Source: Amoebidium appalachense | Taxonomy: Eukaryota > Protista > Ichthyosporea | Reading direction: 5' to 3' | DNA: 64,000 nucleotides | NCBI GenBank assembly: GCA_963693365.1 | Contig: CAVNZM010000009.1 | Span: forward strand, 8,165,408-8,229,407 | In this document: positions 44,436 through 58,081 of the stretch, piece after piece | Position numbering within the stretch: position 1 is the stretch's first letter | Layout: each line of letters opens with the position of its first letter | The notes under the pieces: generated by a model | The model's input: only the letters and a program-made list of their open reading frames with translations | What the model was told of the DNA's origin: nothing | Database searches by the model: none | Made by a program: the position numbers and the translations under genes

Positions 44436-47400
44436 TGTTGGAGTACACTGGTACTCCCGGCTAGCAATGTCTGTTAGAGAAAGTTTCTGAGCAATTGAAT
44501 AACTGTTTCAACACTCACTCGAGTGCATAGAGCTTTTGTTTACGGTCATATTCATATATGGTAGTTATATGTTTGAGCCAAAACTGTACCAATGACGAGC
44601 TTCACTAGCAACGTGCTAATTGTGCTCATTAATTAATATTCCCGGTTCAGATGATGTCATGTCTATATTTGCCACAGGATTCTATTCTTAGAGTGGTAGT
44701 GTGCTTTATTCCCGGATATTCTCAGAATATTTTTAGTTGTGTGAAGCAAGATTTACGTTTAACTGCAATTGGTGTGTTAAACACGTTTATTTGTGTGCTT
44801 TAGTGCAAGTTAACTAGCCACTCAACGTGCACAGTTAACTTTTATATCTTTAACGACTTGTTTTCATTGTGCTCTCTTTTCGGCCATGCTGTACATGGCC
44901 CACCACCAGGGTGCACACGAGGCCACCATGAGGTGGCCAACGACTATATAAAGCAGTGCCTCCCATGTCACAAACATGGGAAGCAGAACGTTTGATTTAC
45001 ACTTTTCTACTGTCGTTTCCAGTGCACAAAACACATAGACTAGTTACCCATCATACACGACACTATGTCTGACAACTTACAGTTGCAGCAACTAGTCCAA
45101 CTACTGGAGCAGAGGTTGGCCTCACAAGATGCAATCATTTCTGACTTACAGAAGGAACAACGTGCACTAGAACTAGCTTCTATGAACACAATGTCCAACA
45201 GGGTTATGGGCCCCTCACGTAATGATTCCATCAAGTTCAAGGTCGACATCCCTCTCTTCACTGGCATTGATAATGATTCAGGCACGGACTACCACACATG
45301 GGCCGAAACCATGTATGTCCAGCTTTCTGGTGCTGGTCTTCTCCACACCATCGCGCCCAGTACGGAGCACCCGGCTACCCGTGAACAGGTCGACACTGCC
45401 CGTTCCTACCTGTGGCAAGCACTCTCGGTTGACGTGCGTTGTATCCTAGGGTTAACACGCACCACCACACCTGCGGAGATATGGTCGGCCCTATCTGCCC
45501 ACTACCTGGAGCAATCTGAGGCCAATCAGTACGACCTTATCGGGCTGTACATGAATTCTACGCCTGAACCTACGGACACCGCGACGAAATACGCCATGAA
45601 ACTCCGCGGCTACGTGCGGCGCCTGGCCGATTACGGCACACAAATTGGTGATGCTCAAGTGCTGACCAAGCTCACCAACGACCTCGGCAAGGTGCCTTAC
45701 TACGAAATGCCTGTAATTGCCTACAAGATGACACCCAAGCCTACCGTGATGGGCCTCCTCCAACAGCTACGGGCATATGAGACCAGCCACCCACGTGCAC
45801 GTGTGACTACCAGCTCCGGGCCGGCCGCCTTCACCACACGGGCTCCTCAACCTGTCATCTGCCACGGCTGCGGCAAACCAGGCCACATCAAGTCTCAGTG
45901 CCCCAACGGCAACGGCCAACACAGCAACTCTGGCAACAACCGTGGCAGCACCTACCCCAAGGGTTCCTGCGTCAACCACCCACTGTCTACCAGTCACACT
46001 ACCGCCATGTGCAAGGGGGGCAACCGTGCCAACGGCCGCAAACCTAAGGGTGGTCCCCTCCCGCCTGGGTCCTGCATCAACCACCCTGCCTCTACTACCC
46101 ACACTACGGCACAGTGCAAGGGGGGGGCTGCCGCTCCCCGGGCTTTCCTCATGTCTAGCAACGACTGTGGCACCAACAAGGTGCTCCTCGACTCTGGAGC
46201 CACTGACCATGTGTGCCCCCGGCCCGATGTGTTCATCAACATGCGTGCGGCGCCTTACTCCACGGTCCAAGTAGCCGACAAGGGTGCATGTGCAGTGCTT
46301 GGGGTGGGCGACGTGTTCTTTTCCAGCACCATCGACGGCGTTACTGCGGTGCATCAGCTGACGGATGTACTCTACGTGCCCTCCATCCCCGACACTCTCA
46401 TCAGTGTGTTCACGGCAACTACCAACGGTGTTTTACCCCGCTTTGACACCCGCGGCGGCGTTAAGTTGTGCTACGGCGATCAAATTCTGGCCACCGGCTC
46501 GGCTGTCGGCACCAAGCTGTACCACATGGCGGTGTCTCTTCTGCGCGCGGACACAACCCCGGACGCCCAAACCACCACTGCTCCGCGTATCCTCAAGGTT
46601 ACTGCCGACCTCAACACGTGGCACTACCGTCTGGGCCATGCTGGCATTGACGCTGTACGCTCGGTCATCAAGTCTGCAGGCCTGTTGGTGGGTGGCGGTG
46701 CCAAGTCTCCGGGTGTGTGTGAGCCCTGTGCCCTCGGCAAAGCCCACCGTGTTGCCTTCTCCGAATCAACTAGCCAAGCTCCCCGGGTCCTAGCCAAGGT
46801 TCACAGCGACATCAGCGGCCCCTTCCCTCCCGCGATCGGTGGTGCTCAGTACTTGGCGACGTTCCACGACGAATTCACCGGCCACACCACGGCCGTGCCC
46901 CTCGTCAAGAAGTCGGACACACTGGCTGCATATGTGACGTACCACAAGGCGGCGGTTACCCAACACGGTGTTCCCATGCAGGTGTTTCAGTCCGACGGGG
47001 GGGCGAGTACATGGGCACGGCCTTCGGGGACTACAATCGTGAGCATGGCATTCGCCATCAGATCACTACCACCGGCTCTCCTCAACAGAATGGGACTGCC
47101 GAACGACTGAACCGGACCCTCCTCGACATGGTTCGGGCACTCCTGCAGCAGTCCGGCCTTCCGGTGGGATTCTGGGCCGAGGCAGCTGTGACCGCGGCTT
47201 TTATACGCAACATGCACATGTCGCGAGCCACCGGCAGCCAATCGTCTCCCGCCCTGCTGTGGACCGGCATTCCTCCCGACTACAGCCGGCTCCGTGTCTG
47301 GGGCTCTCCCTGCTACGTCCATCAACAGGATACACCGAAACTGGCGCCTCGTGCCGTCAAGGGCATCTTCGTGGGCTACCCTCCTAACATCAAGGGCTAC

Positions 47401-50313
47401 AAGGTCTGGATTCCAGCAGCACACAAGATGACCGTCAGCCGTGACGTGCAGTTCGACGAGGCTGCTATTCTGCACCCCCTCCGTGATGTCCCATCTGATT
47501 GGTCGACCGCACCGGCAATTCATCATTTTTTGGAGTCATCTGATTCGTCAAATCAGCCAGCCAATCACATCGTCCGGAATGATCAGCAATCTGATTCGTC
47601 TCGTCTGTCAGCCAATGGGACAGCGCCGAGTGATCAATTGGACATTCCGATCCTGCCCGAGCCTGCACATCGGCTCCCCCGGACGACCCGTAGTGGCGCT
47701 GTGTACAACGACCAACGTCGATGCCCGACTGCCAACGTGGCTGCTGCTACGGCCCCCCTTGCCCCCCAGGCTACGGCTCCTGCATCAACACCCATCAAGG
47801 CTTCCACCATTGTTGTCCCCAAGACTGTCCGGGCTGCACTCAAGAGTCCCCAGCGTCTGAAATGGGAGGAGGCTGCACACCGTGAGCTCAAGGCCCTGGA
47901 AGACAACGGCACCTTCACCCTTGTGCCCCGTCCAGAGGATGGCTCCACTGTCATTCCGGTCGGCTGGGTCTTTACGGTCAAGCAGGACAACGTCGGCAAC
48001 GTCACTGCTTTCAAGGCCCGGCTTGTGGCCCGGGGCAACTACCAGCAGCCTGGCCAGGACTATTTCGTCACCGAGTCACCTGTGGCTGCGCTGGCTACCA
48101 TCCGGCTGGTTTTGGCTACCTCCGTGGCCCAAGGTCTGCCTCTGCGCCACATCGACGTCAACACAGCATTCCTCAACGGCACCGTCAACGAGACCATCTA
48201 CATTGAGCAGCCCCCTGGCTTCGTCAACCCCTCGGCCCCCCATGCTGTCGGCTTGCTCCACAAGGCGCTCTACGGCCTAAAACAGGCACCGCGCCAGTGG
48301 TATGAGGCCCTCCGTGACCATCTCCTCGACCAAGGCTTCATTGTGAGTGCTGCTGACCCGTGCCTGTTCATCAAGAATGCCGGGACCCCAACATTTATTG
48401 CCCTTGCTGCCTACGTGGATGACTTCACCGTGACGGCCGCCACTGATGCGCTCATCGACGATTTTTTCACCAAGCTGGATGCTCGTTTCTCTGCCAAGGA
48501 CCTGGGTCGTCCTACCCTGCTCATCGGGCACACTCTTACCTGGCTGGAGGACGGGTCTCTGCGTCTGGGCCATCGTCAACACATCATCGACTTGGCTGCC
48601 CGTTTTCGTCTCACCCACATGTCCGGCACCAAGACCCCCATCGTCCCGGGCCAGGCCAGTGAAAGCAACAAGACCCCAGCCTACAGCAAGAAGGAGGACT
48701 ATGCCAGCCTGGTCGGTGCCCTGCTGTGGATTGCGCGTACCACCCGCCCCGACATTTCCCAGGCTCTGGGAGTCCTTACTCGACACATTCATGCGCCCAC
48801 CGTCACCCACTGGACTATGGCTACCAGAGTTGTAAGCTACCTGCTGGCCACCATCGACCTGGGTATTGTCTACCGTCCCGGCCCCCCCAACCTTGTTGGC
48901 TACTCCGACTCCGACTACGCCGAGGACCGCGACACCCGGCGCTCCACCACGGGCTATGTCTTCTTCATAAACTCCTCCCCTGTGTCCTGGGTGTCTCGGC
49001 TCCAGTCCATCACCACCCACAGCTCCACTGAGGCTGAATTTGTGGCCATGTCTGCTGCTACGAACGAGGCCCTATGGCTCAACTATGTGATGGACGACCT
49101 GGGCCTTAATCCTATCAATGAGCCCACCCCGGTGCCCATCCATGGGGACAATGAGTCTGCCCGGGCCCTGCTGGACACCCTGGGGGTTAAGCCCAAGACC
49201 AAGCACATCGACGTCCGCTACTGCTCCGTCAAGGAACATCACCTGCTGGGCAACATCACTGTGGTCCCGGTGGCTTCTGCTGACAACAAGGCCGACATGT
49301 TCACCAAGGCCCTGTCTGCCTCTTTCTTCACCAAGGCCGTGGGGATGCTCAACATGTGCTGAGCACCCGTCATCAACCAACTGCGCCCTCATACTTCAGG
49401 GGGGGGGAGAGAGTTGCATCCGACTGTGCAACTACGTGTACCATACTAAAATTGAGTAGGGGAATCTTTATTGTCTGTATTTTGTGCACCTGAAGCACTC
49501 GAGCTCAGTTGCATTAATTCATACCACAATTATCCAATTGAGTAGGGGTGTTGGAGTACACTGGTACTCCCGGCTAGCAATGTCTGTTAGAGAAAGTTTC
49601 TGAGCAATTGAATAACTGTTTCAACACTCACTCGAGTGCATAGAGCTTTTGTTTACGGTCATATTCATATATGGTAGTTATATGTTTGAGCCAAAACTGT
49701 ACCAATGACGAGCTTCACTAGCAACGTGCTAATTGTGCTCATTAATTAATATTCCCGGTTCAGATGATGTCATGTCTATATTTGCCACAGGATTCTATTC
49801 TTAGAGTGGTAGTGTGCTTTATTCCCGGATATTCTCAGAATATTTTTAGTTGTGTGAAGCAAGATTTACGTTTAACTGCAATTGGTGTGTTAAACACGTT
49901 TATTTGTGTGCTTTAGTGCAAGTTAACTAGCCACTCAACGTGCACAGTTAACTTTTATATCTTTAACGACTTGTTTTCATTGTGCTCTCTTTTCGGCCAT
50001 GCTGTACATGGCCCACCACCAGGGTGCACACGAGGCCACCATGAGGTGGCCAACGACTATATAAAGCAGTGCCTCCCATGTCACAAACATGGGAAGCAGA
50101 ACGTTTGATTTACACTTTTCTACTGTCGTTTCCAGTGCACAAAACACATAGACTAGTTACCCATCATACACGACACTATGTCTGACAACTTACAGTTGCA
50201 GCAACTAGTCCAACTACTGGAGCAGAGGTTGGCCTCACAAGATGCAATCATTTCTGACTTACAGAAGGAACAACGTGCACTAGAACTAGCTTCTATGAAC
50301 ACAATGTCCAACA
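44436..50313 (+). mobile_element. Ty1/Copia LTR retrotransposon 2, near-intact
   Basis: 765-bp LTRs (44436-45200 and 49549-50313), TSD CTCCC, PBS GGTTATGGGCCC (half-tRNA-iMet type) and PPT GAGTAGGGG. Confidence 0.96.
45065..49362 (+). CDS. pol: Copia-2 gag-pol, single frameshift in the G7 run at 46997-47003
   Basis: CHGCGKPGHIKSQC, LLDSGATDH, WHYRLGH, HSDISGP/QSDGG(G)EY/AERLN, ALYGLKQAP, YVDD, YSDSDYA, ADMFTKAL. Adding one G restores DGGGEY. Confidence 0.95.
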
Positions 50314-50318
50314 CTCCC

Positions 50319-50669
50319 CCCCCCTCCCTCCCCCCCTTTCCTCTACATCTACATATATAAATACGTTTGGCAACATATACTATCAAACCTTGCCAATCCT
50401 TACAAAAGGGCTTCTGCCCGAACAATCACATTCCTAAGTCCTCCTACGATCTATCCTACACACTAATTAGAATTCTATTGGACGGCTGTCCCGGCTGACG
50501 TGGTCCAATGCCCTGCGCCGGCAGAGGCAAGATGCACGCAGCTGTTCAGCTATCTTGAGGCCCCGGACTTGATCTTGATGATCTGTGGACCCGGGCCACC
50601 CCCCCCCCCCCCCCCCCGATCTCGATCGTAGACTTAGGCTAATCTGCTGAGACGGATTAGTATATGTCA
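50319..50669 (-). repeat. Gypsy 5' LTR, 5' half
   Basis: Reverse complement of 17516 to about 17876; ends at TSD CGAGT. Confidence 0.93.
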
Positions 50670-50674
50670 CGAGT

Positions 50675-51735
50675 CTCTAATATAAAAAGAAGCACAGGCT
50701 CAAGAGCCCTGCCACGATACTCTTTATCACAACGATGAAGCAAAGGATATTGAGTATGAAACCAAGTAACATACTGCTGATAACTAGTAGAAGAGAAAAA
50801 TAAAGGAGATAAGTCACGGTATTTAAAAGGATATCTCGGAATGGGAGAGAGATTGGGGATGGGACATTTCGCACAACATTAGAAATGCCGGGAACAGGTG
50901 CTTGAAATTAAAGAAGGAAAGAATTGCAACAAAGGATGATAAGAAGGAACCCTAACCAAATGAAAACAAAAGCGAAGTCCTAATTCATTCATACGCTGGC
51001 GCGCCGGAGGGAGACCAAAAACACTCTGCAAGGGAGCCGCCAAAGGATGCCTAAGCGAGGTTCGAGAAATAAACTGGATGAATTCACGCTGAAAGGAATC
51101 CAATTCCCGAAGAGCCGCGCGCTGTCGCCGTGGAGGGGCACCCAAGAGTAACGGGAGGCCATATTCGAAACATCATGACGAAAAAAAACTTTATAAAGAG
51201 TGAGCAAATTAGCAGGATGAATATTAGAGATATTTGCGAATATTCCTTGATAGATATGTAAGCGACCACTCGCACGACTCGGAGAAATACGCGAAGTCAA
51301 AAGGCGCTCAAACCAGATACCCTTAGAGGTGAAAGGAATACCTCAATAGTCATAGGAGGACACGATTGGGATACTGTTGATTGTTCAGAGTGTACTGTGC
51401 ATTGGAAGAAAAGGTGCCACATTTATCTATCCCAATCTTCATGAAATTTCGGAAACGCTGTTCAGTCATCTACTCAAGAAAGCATGTTATTCATGAGAGA
51501 AGGATCGTGAGTGACTAAGACAATATCATCAGCGAAAAAAAGGCGAGAGACACAAGAGTCGCCGGCAACTGGAAATTGTTGAATTTCTACCGCAAGTCGG
51601 CAATAAAGATATCAAAGAGAAGGGGACTCAAAAGTGAGCCCTGTAAAAGGCCTCGAGTACGATTGAATCCGTTACTCAGTACCCCATTCACAACGGCAGC
51701 CCCATGGGTGCGGTCAAATAACGCCTGAAGTATTT
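50675..51735 (-). pseudogene. 5'-truncated LINE reverse transcriptase fragment
   Basis: VVNGVLSNGFNRTRGLLQGSLLSPLLFDIFI and FFADDIV motifs, with downstream QSVFGLPPARQRMNELGLRF; many frameshifts. Confidence 0.85.
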
Positions 51736-51889
51736 AAATACTGACAATACGATTGAGTATGACGTAAAACGGGTAGCGCAGCCAAACCCCCACAACCCCT
51801 GAATTTATGTGACTTTCACTTCGATCTCTTAGCTGTCACGTTAACTTTTTTAACCGATTCTTCACCAATATGGCAGGTATATAAAGGCT

Positions 51890-52290
51890 TTCATTTCTTC
51901 TTTTTGTGGTTGGAGGGAGTCCCACTCAGGGGAACGTGACTGCAGCGTGTGTGTGGTGTGGCCTGGTGTATTCCTACTGCTGTGAGAGTGTGGGGGCATC
52001 TCCCTTTCACGGAGTTTCTCGCTTGAGAAGTGGTTTCTTCAACGCCTGGTGGTCCACTGCATCCTATGGTAACTTCTACACGCTGTCTACGCTTCTACGC
52101 AACCTGTTGGCGGTGGGCTGCTGCAACTTCTTCAGCTATCTTCTGCGCTGCGTGAGTGGAGGGGCGGCTACTTGGTCGTCGGGAAGCTTTCCAAGTGATT
52201 GCCAGTCCTTAGCCTCCAGTCGTATGGCAATGACCGGGTTTGCTTGCATGCATTCTGTAATTGTGTTTTTCTGTGTGTCCTGCCACAACT
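51890..52290 (-). pseudogene. Possible decayed coding sequence of unknown family
   Basis: One frame reads protein-like (LWQDTQKNTITECMQANPVIAIRLEAKDWQSLGKLPDDQ...) but has several TAG/TGA stops. Confidence 0.25.
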
Positions 52291-52547
52291 AGGCCACCTT
52301 ATCAGAGAGCTAGATGCAGTTTCTCCGGGTTACCTAGGGGCCGGGCCCGTTGGGATTGATTTTTAGCTCAGATTTGGTCTGCATTGCTCTTTTAGAGGCT
52401 GACTTGCTTGCTGTGCCTCGATAGGTTTTGAGGGGGCTTTGTTGGGAAGGTGCAATAATGATGTCTTCTTGCGGAGTGTGGTCTGGTCAACATCGATGCA
52501 TATGACTAGTTGGAGCAAACTAGTTTCACACATACACGTACACCTAA

Positions 52548-53504
52548 GGGCCTGTTTGGCAACGCGGAGTTACGAACTCCGGCGTAGACCGTATACGCCG
52601 GGTATCAAATCAGTATCCAGATTCTGACTTGTAATCCGGATTTAGGTCAAAACCTGGCGTAGATAACCGCTCGTGCCAAACAGACAACACTTTTTTCAGC
52701 TTAGTTTACCAAGTCACATTGCGCAAGTTTTACGTTGATCGGAGTGCGCATACTTTGCACGTATATCGTACCTAGGACTCAGTACGTTTTTTTTTGTAGT
52801 GACTGTGCAGTGTCCCGTATGTATGTATTTGTATACACTGTGATGATACCATTTGCATATATAACAACAACAGCGTTTCCGGTTGCAAAACCACTATGTA
52901 TTTAGCACGAAACATGGCCCTTTCGGCCGCAATTGCAGCAATTGCATTCTTTGCTTCCCCCTACGTCATCTTGTCGGTTCAGACAATCTTGACCGCTGTG
53001 CAAAAGATTGTCTAATGGTAAAAAAAAAGTTGCCTACAAGTTGGCCGCGAAGAGGAAGAATAGTTGAGGGGGGGCTTGTTTTTATACGACCTACCACACG
53101 TGGCCGGCTGTGTGTGGCTGTGTCGCAGCCTGCGCTCGGGCTGTCGCAGGCTCACCAGCAAGCTGGCCATGCTGGTGACAACGGACTTTCCGTTTGGCGC
53201 CTTTTCCACTTTAACTTGTTTTGGCTATAGTGCACTGCCGACAATTGGCCGAGAGAGAAATGTAAAAAGGTCTCACGACATGAATTTTCATTGGTTTAGA
53301 CCTTCACACGGCGTTGAACATTTCGCGCATAATCCACCTCCGGAGAAATTGGAGTACAAGCGATGTCCAAGGGGTTTGAAACCCGGCGTAAGATTGGGCC
53401 GTCTGTTTGGCATCCGCGGATTTCGAAAATCCGCTTTAGCCCTAACTCCAAAATCGATCTTACTCCGGAGTATGGCCGCTAACTCCGCGTTGCCAAACAG
53501 GCCC
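52548..53504 (+). mobile_element. PIF/Harbinger-like non-autonomous element (MITE), copy 1
   Basis: Perfect 25-bp TIR GGGCCTGTTTGGCAACGCGGAGTTA, TAA/TTA flanks, no coding capacity, and a second copy in the window. Confidence 0.88.
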
Positions 53505-53957
53505 TTAAAGGTTTTGTTCGCTGGTGTCCTTTGTCACTTGTCGCTTTATAAATTTTTATTTCGTAGCTTTGGCTTTTTCAGTTCTATTGGTGGTTATGTA
53601 GCCTGTGGCTGCACGTTGCCTTCAGTCAACGGATCAATAAACCCGAGTCAAAAGAAAATTTGTTGTATGTGCATTTTGATTGGTACATTTTTGGATTTTT
53701 CAATTTGAATTTCGAAACTTTTGTTCACGTTCTGAACAGTTCAACGGCACGTCCACAACGCACAACGGTCTGCTGTCTGTCAAACGAGTCGCTCAGGAAT
53801 TCCCGATATCCTGTGTAAAGCCAATGAGCCAAGAAACAACAAGGCTTAACAATTAACGCACCAACGCACTAGTCTACACACGAAACTTAGTAAGCCTGAC
53901 CGCCTCTTTCTCCGAGCGAACAGTGTAGTAACACGGTAAAAACCGCTACAACACAAC

Positions 53958-54557
53958 ATGTATCCATCTGCACACCGACACAGGCCCAAAACAGGCTCCC
54001 TAGCACAACACAATACAGGGCCAGCCACCAAAAAACGCCTTACCACCACCACTAGTTTCCCCAACAAACCCAAACCCGTCACAGTTGCGTCAGATAACGA
54101 CGACAACCACCATTTCTTTCACAAGAAAAACGGCCTACTTCGACATGGTGCATCACACCCTTTCAAGATACGGACGAAACAGGAAAAGGAGGAGATTTTG
54201 AACCGTGCAGCTATAAAGATTACCCAAACAGTAAGAAAGGTGGCGGCAAGAAAGGCTGCTCTACGCACTACACAGCAACTGAAACGCCTACGTGATATTG
54301 TCAAAGATGCAAACGAATTGAAAAAGAAACACGAGAGGAACGTGTTTACAAAACCTGTGCTTGATGAGCGTGGGAGGGTGAGCATTTTTTTGCTTGGATA
54401 CATCGAGTTTCTCGAGAAACTACTGCTAAAAACGGACGAGATTACTACTTACGGGCAGGACATCATCAGACACAGGCGCAAGGCTACAGTAGGACATGTT
54501 CAGGTTCTTCTTGCCGAAGCTGATGCATACAAGAAGGACGGTTCACAGCCCAAGTGA
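53958..54557 (+). CDS. IQ-like motif plus BAG-domain Hsp70 co-chaperone
   Basis: AAIKITQTVRKVAARK (IQ-like) followed by BAG helices YIEFLEKLLLKTDEI...IIRHRRKATVGHVQVLL. Confidence 0.8.
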   Translation: MYPSAHRHRPKTGSLAQHNTGPATKKRLTTTTSFPNKPKPVTVASDNDDNHHFFHKKNGLLRHGASHPFKIRTKQEKEEILNRAAIKITQTVRKVAARKAALRTTQQLKRLRDIVKDANELKKKHERNVFTKPVLDERGRVSIFLLGYIEFLEKLLLKTDEITTYGQDIIRHRRKATVGHVQVLLAEADAYKKDGSQPK

Positions 54558-55817
54558 GGAAAAAACTCAAGGGGTTGGAAGTCAAGGGGTTGGAGAGGTT
54601 AATGGGGAGAGCTCGAAGGCTATACATCTACACCACATTCTGTCTCGATACAACTCTTGCTCGTCATGAAAGATTCTCTCTCTCTCTCGCGGGCCCTCTC
54701 TCTGTCCCATGAGTTCCTACTCTCTCCCTCCTCCCTTCCCTCTGGGGTTCAACCTCTTCAGGGATTCTCTGTTCCCCCCCTCCCCCCTCCCTCCTCCCTC
54801 CCCCCCCCCTTCCCTCTTGCTTTCTCTCTCTCTCTTCCCCCAGGGGAATAGGTCGAAACTCGGGTACTGTGGATGACGTGGGCCCCCCCTGAGGATGGGC
54901 TCTGCTTATTATGCATACTCTTTATGTATGGCTTGCATTCTGCATCGTGTTATCCGTTTGTTCTTGTGTACTTCGTACTTTTTGACGCATTCAAAACCCC
55001 CCCTCCCCCCCCCTTCCCTCTCCTCTCCCCGCCTCCCCCCATCTCTCCTCCCCTGTATAACTCTCCATCTCTTTCTCTCCCTGACTCTTTCTCTGTCTCT
55101 CTTCTTTTCTATCTCTCTCTCGTCTCTCCCCCCTTCTCTTTCCCCCCTCTCCACTGTCCCCCCCCCCCCCCCCCCCCCCCGTCGCCTGTCTTCCCTCTAA
55201 TCTCTCTCTCTTCCTCCCCCCCCCCCCCCCCCTATCCCCTCTGCTCCCTCTTTTCCACTGTGTGAGGAACGTTTAAATCTTTTTAGCACCACAGTTGTTT
55301 GCCCTTTGATTCTCTTGTTGTCTTCTATTGGTCGAATGATTGTCAGGCTTGAAAAATTTATTCTGAATTATAGTCCCACCATGTATGTATATAATTCCGA
55401 AAAGCTTTTCTTCTTTAGTTTGGCAATATTTACCCATTATATCGAAGAAAGAATTCAAAGGTGTATTGCCTAGTCTCACCTTCTCAGGATTATTGCTTTA
55501 TATTGTATGAAAACAGGCAAAGAGCGTGCATTTACTTAGTCCCTGGAGGACATGTAGGGATGAATATATGTCAGAAATGCACACCATATCTCGCCTGGGG
55601 TTTGATGTCAGCATATTTTATCACTGTGCACGTCACACCTCGTCTATGATAGGGACTGTACATGAATTACCAAAAGGACACATATTGACCCCCTATCCCC
55701 CCCCCCCCCCCCCTCCCTGGGGTGGAATTGTTTGTGATACACTAGCATGCACTCGGCTCATGCAAACAGGCATACACATGTGCCTGCTCATAAACCAAAC
55801 TCAGGTCCTTCTCCATA

Positions 55818-55853
<36 letters not shown>

Positions 55854-56836
55854 TTCCCCTTCTCTCGCTGTCAGTCCGCGGTGAATGTGTGCTCAGCTCT
55901 GCGATGCACTCCTACTACCCTCCCCCCCCCCCCCCCCCCCCCCCCCACCACCACCACCACCACACGCGCGCGCGCGCCACACACACACACACACACACAC
56001 ATGCACACACACACACACTGGCACACACACTGGCACACCCACACACACGTGCGCACACACACACCCACACACACGCGCGCGTATGCATACAAATATCATT
56101 AAGATTTCTCGCTACAGCACCAACCTGCCTAGCACTCACAAGCACGGGCATCCGTCATCGACACACACACAATCATATATGCGCAAGGTATCACTATAGT
56201 TAAAACTACAAAGCACCATGGATTTGTGAAAGCAGGCTCAAGGAAAAGGGGTACGTTTCCTGCATGTTTCCCGGTAATTTAGTTTCTTTAATCATAATGA
56301 TTGGTGATTATTACAGTTATTTCGTGTACGGAAACTTTTAAACTTTTACATTTATGGTCACCTATTGGTAGTGGTTCAATGATTACAAGTAGGGATTCCT
56401 CTCCAGTAGCCCAGTATTAAAGATACAGGAGTAATACAACGTTGCTGGGGAAACTTTATCCGAAAGTCTTTTATGCCATGAAATTTCCATATTGATAACT
56501 TCCCAACTATCTTCTACCCCCCCCCCCCCCCCCCCCCAGGCCCCACCTCGCCCTGCCTTCCCCCTTCCCCTTCTCTCCCCCCCCCCTCCCCCCCCTCCCC
56601 CCAGCGCGCGCACACACACACACACACACGCGTACACACACACACCCTCACACACCCCGTGACCAGCCAGCCCCATCAGACACACTTTTGCTACAGTCAC
56701 GTCTGTGTGTGTGCCGCCTTACGTGAGAATTCAATTGCATATGGACAGGTATCTGAGTGCCCGGCCCACATGTGTGTCCACGTGCGCCGTCTGAGTATAT
56801 AGCGTTTCCGTGTCACTAGTACTCAAATTTGTGTTT

Positions 56837-56869
<33 letters not shown>

Positions 56870-58035
56870 ACACCCCACACCCCACCCGCACCTGCCCGGG
56901 ACCCCTCCCCCCCCACCCCCTCTCCAACTATTACGGGTCCCGCTTCCGCCTTAGTGTCCGTTTCCCACGCCCGTCTCCCACGGCTCCCTCCTTCCCCCGA
57001 GTCCTTGAGCCCCCTCCCCCTCCCCCCTCTCCCCTCCTCCCCCTTTTCCACGCCGACCAGTAGAGGGAGGTCAGCTTACGAAGTACAGCAGGGCCACACC
57101 CACGGGTTATTCCTTACCCCCCCCCCCCCCCCCCCCCTTCTTCCCCCCCCTCCAAGGGGCAAAGAATGTGTCAACGTTAACTCGTGAACAATTATGCTCG
57201 AAACTAAAAAGGCATATGCATAAAGAACCTACCCGCTAACTCCGATACTGTTCAGACACAAAGAATCTAAAATGATACACTGCCAATCTAGCTACGTGCA
57301 CATATGATACTGTTGTGGTTGGTGTAGGGGCTGGCCCAGTTGCACGTGAAAGCCTAGTTTAACATGTAGTTAATGCAGTGGCCACAAGTGCATGCCTATG
57401 TGCTCAAGCTGGAGCAATTGCACACGTACACTCCCCTCCCCTTCCCCCCCCCCTCCCCTCCCCTTTTGGGACCCACCATACACAAATCCAGGCTCGAAGC
57501 CCCCTCCCCCCTCCCCTCACCCCCACCCCCCGGGCCACACACACCTTTTAACCGCTACTGTGACAGGCGAGGTCAGGCCCCCCCCGGGCGCGCCATACGA
57601 TGATATATGCGTCATCCCCCCTCCCCCCCCCCCCCCCCCCCCCCCGTTTCCCAAAAAAAAAAAATCCTCCGACCAGAAACCCCCCCATTCACATTCACTA
57701 TGACCCCCCCCCCCCCCCCCCAACCCCCATCCCACTCGTCAAGAGCCTTCTCCTGTCACCCACCGCAGCAGGGATGGGCCTGAAAGGTGCCTTCCCTGCC
57801 TTTCCTCCCACGTGCTTGGAGGGGAAGGGGGGTGATCACTATGCATATTTACCCACTTCTAAATATGGTAACCCATCTTGAATAAGATCAACTAGTAGAC
57901 ACCGGCCTGTTCCAGACCGACCTCAGTCCCTACCGGACGTCACAGTGGGAAAGGGGCGTTCATTCACCGATATTGATATACTTCATTGGGCATGTTTGTG
58001 TGGGTGTACATGTGTACACATGTATGTGTGTGCAT

Positions 58036-58081
<46 letters not shown>

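Noticed and set aside
46997-47003. Programmed ribosomal frameshifts at G/C runs (also 38691, 16504, 18621)
   Set aside because: They fall inside conserved enzymatic regions and in homopolymers, so sequencing error or mutation is more likely.
36154-49459. Overlapping and antisense ORFs within the Copia and Gypsy coding regions
   Set aside because: They are by-products of C-rich codon usage and have no recognisable motifs.
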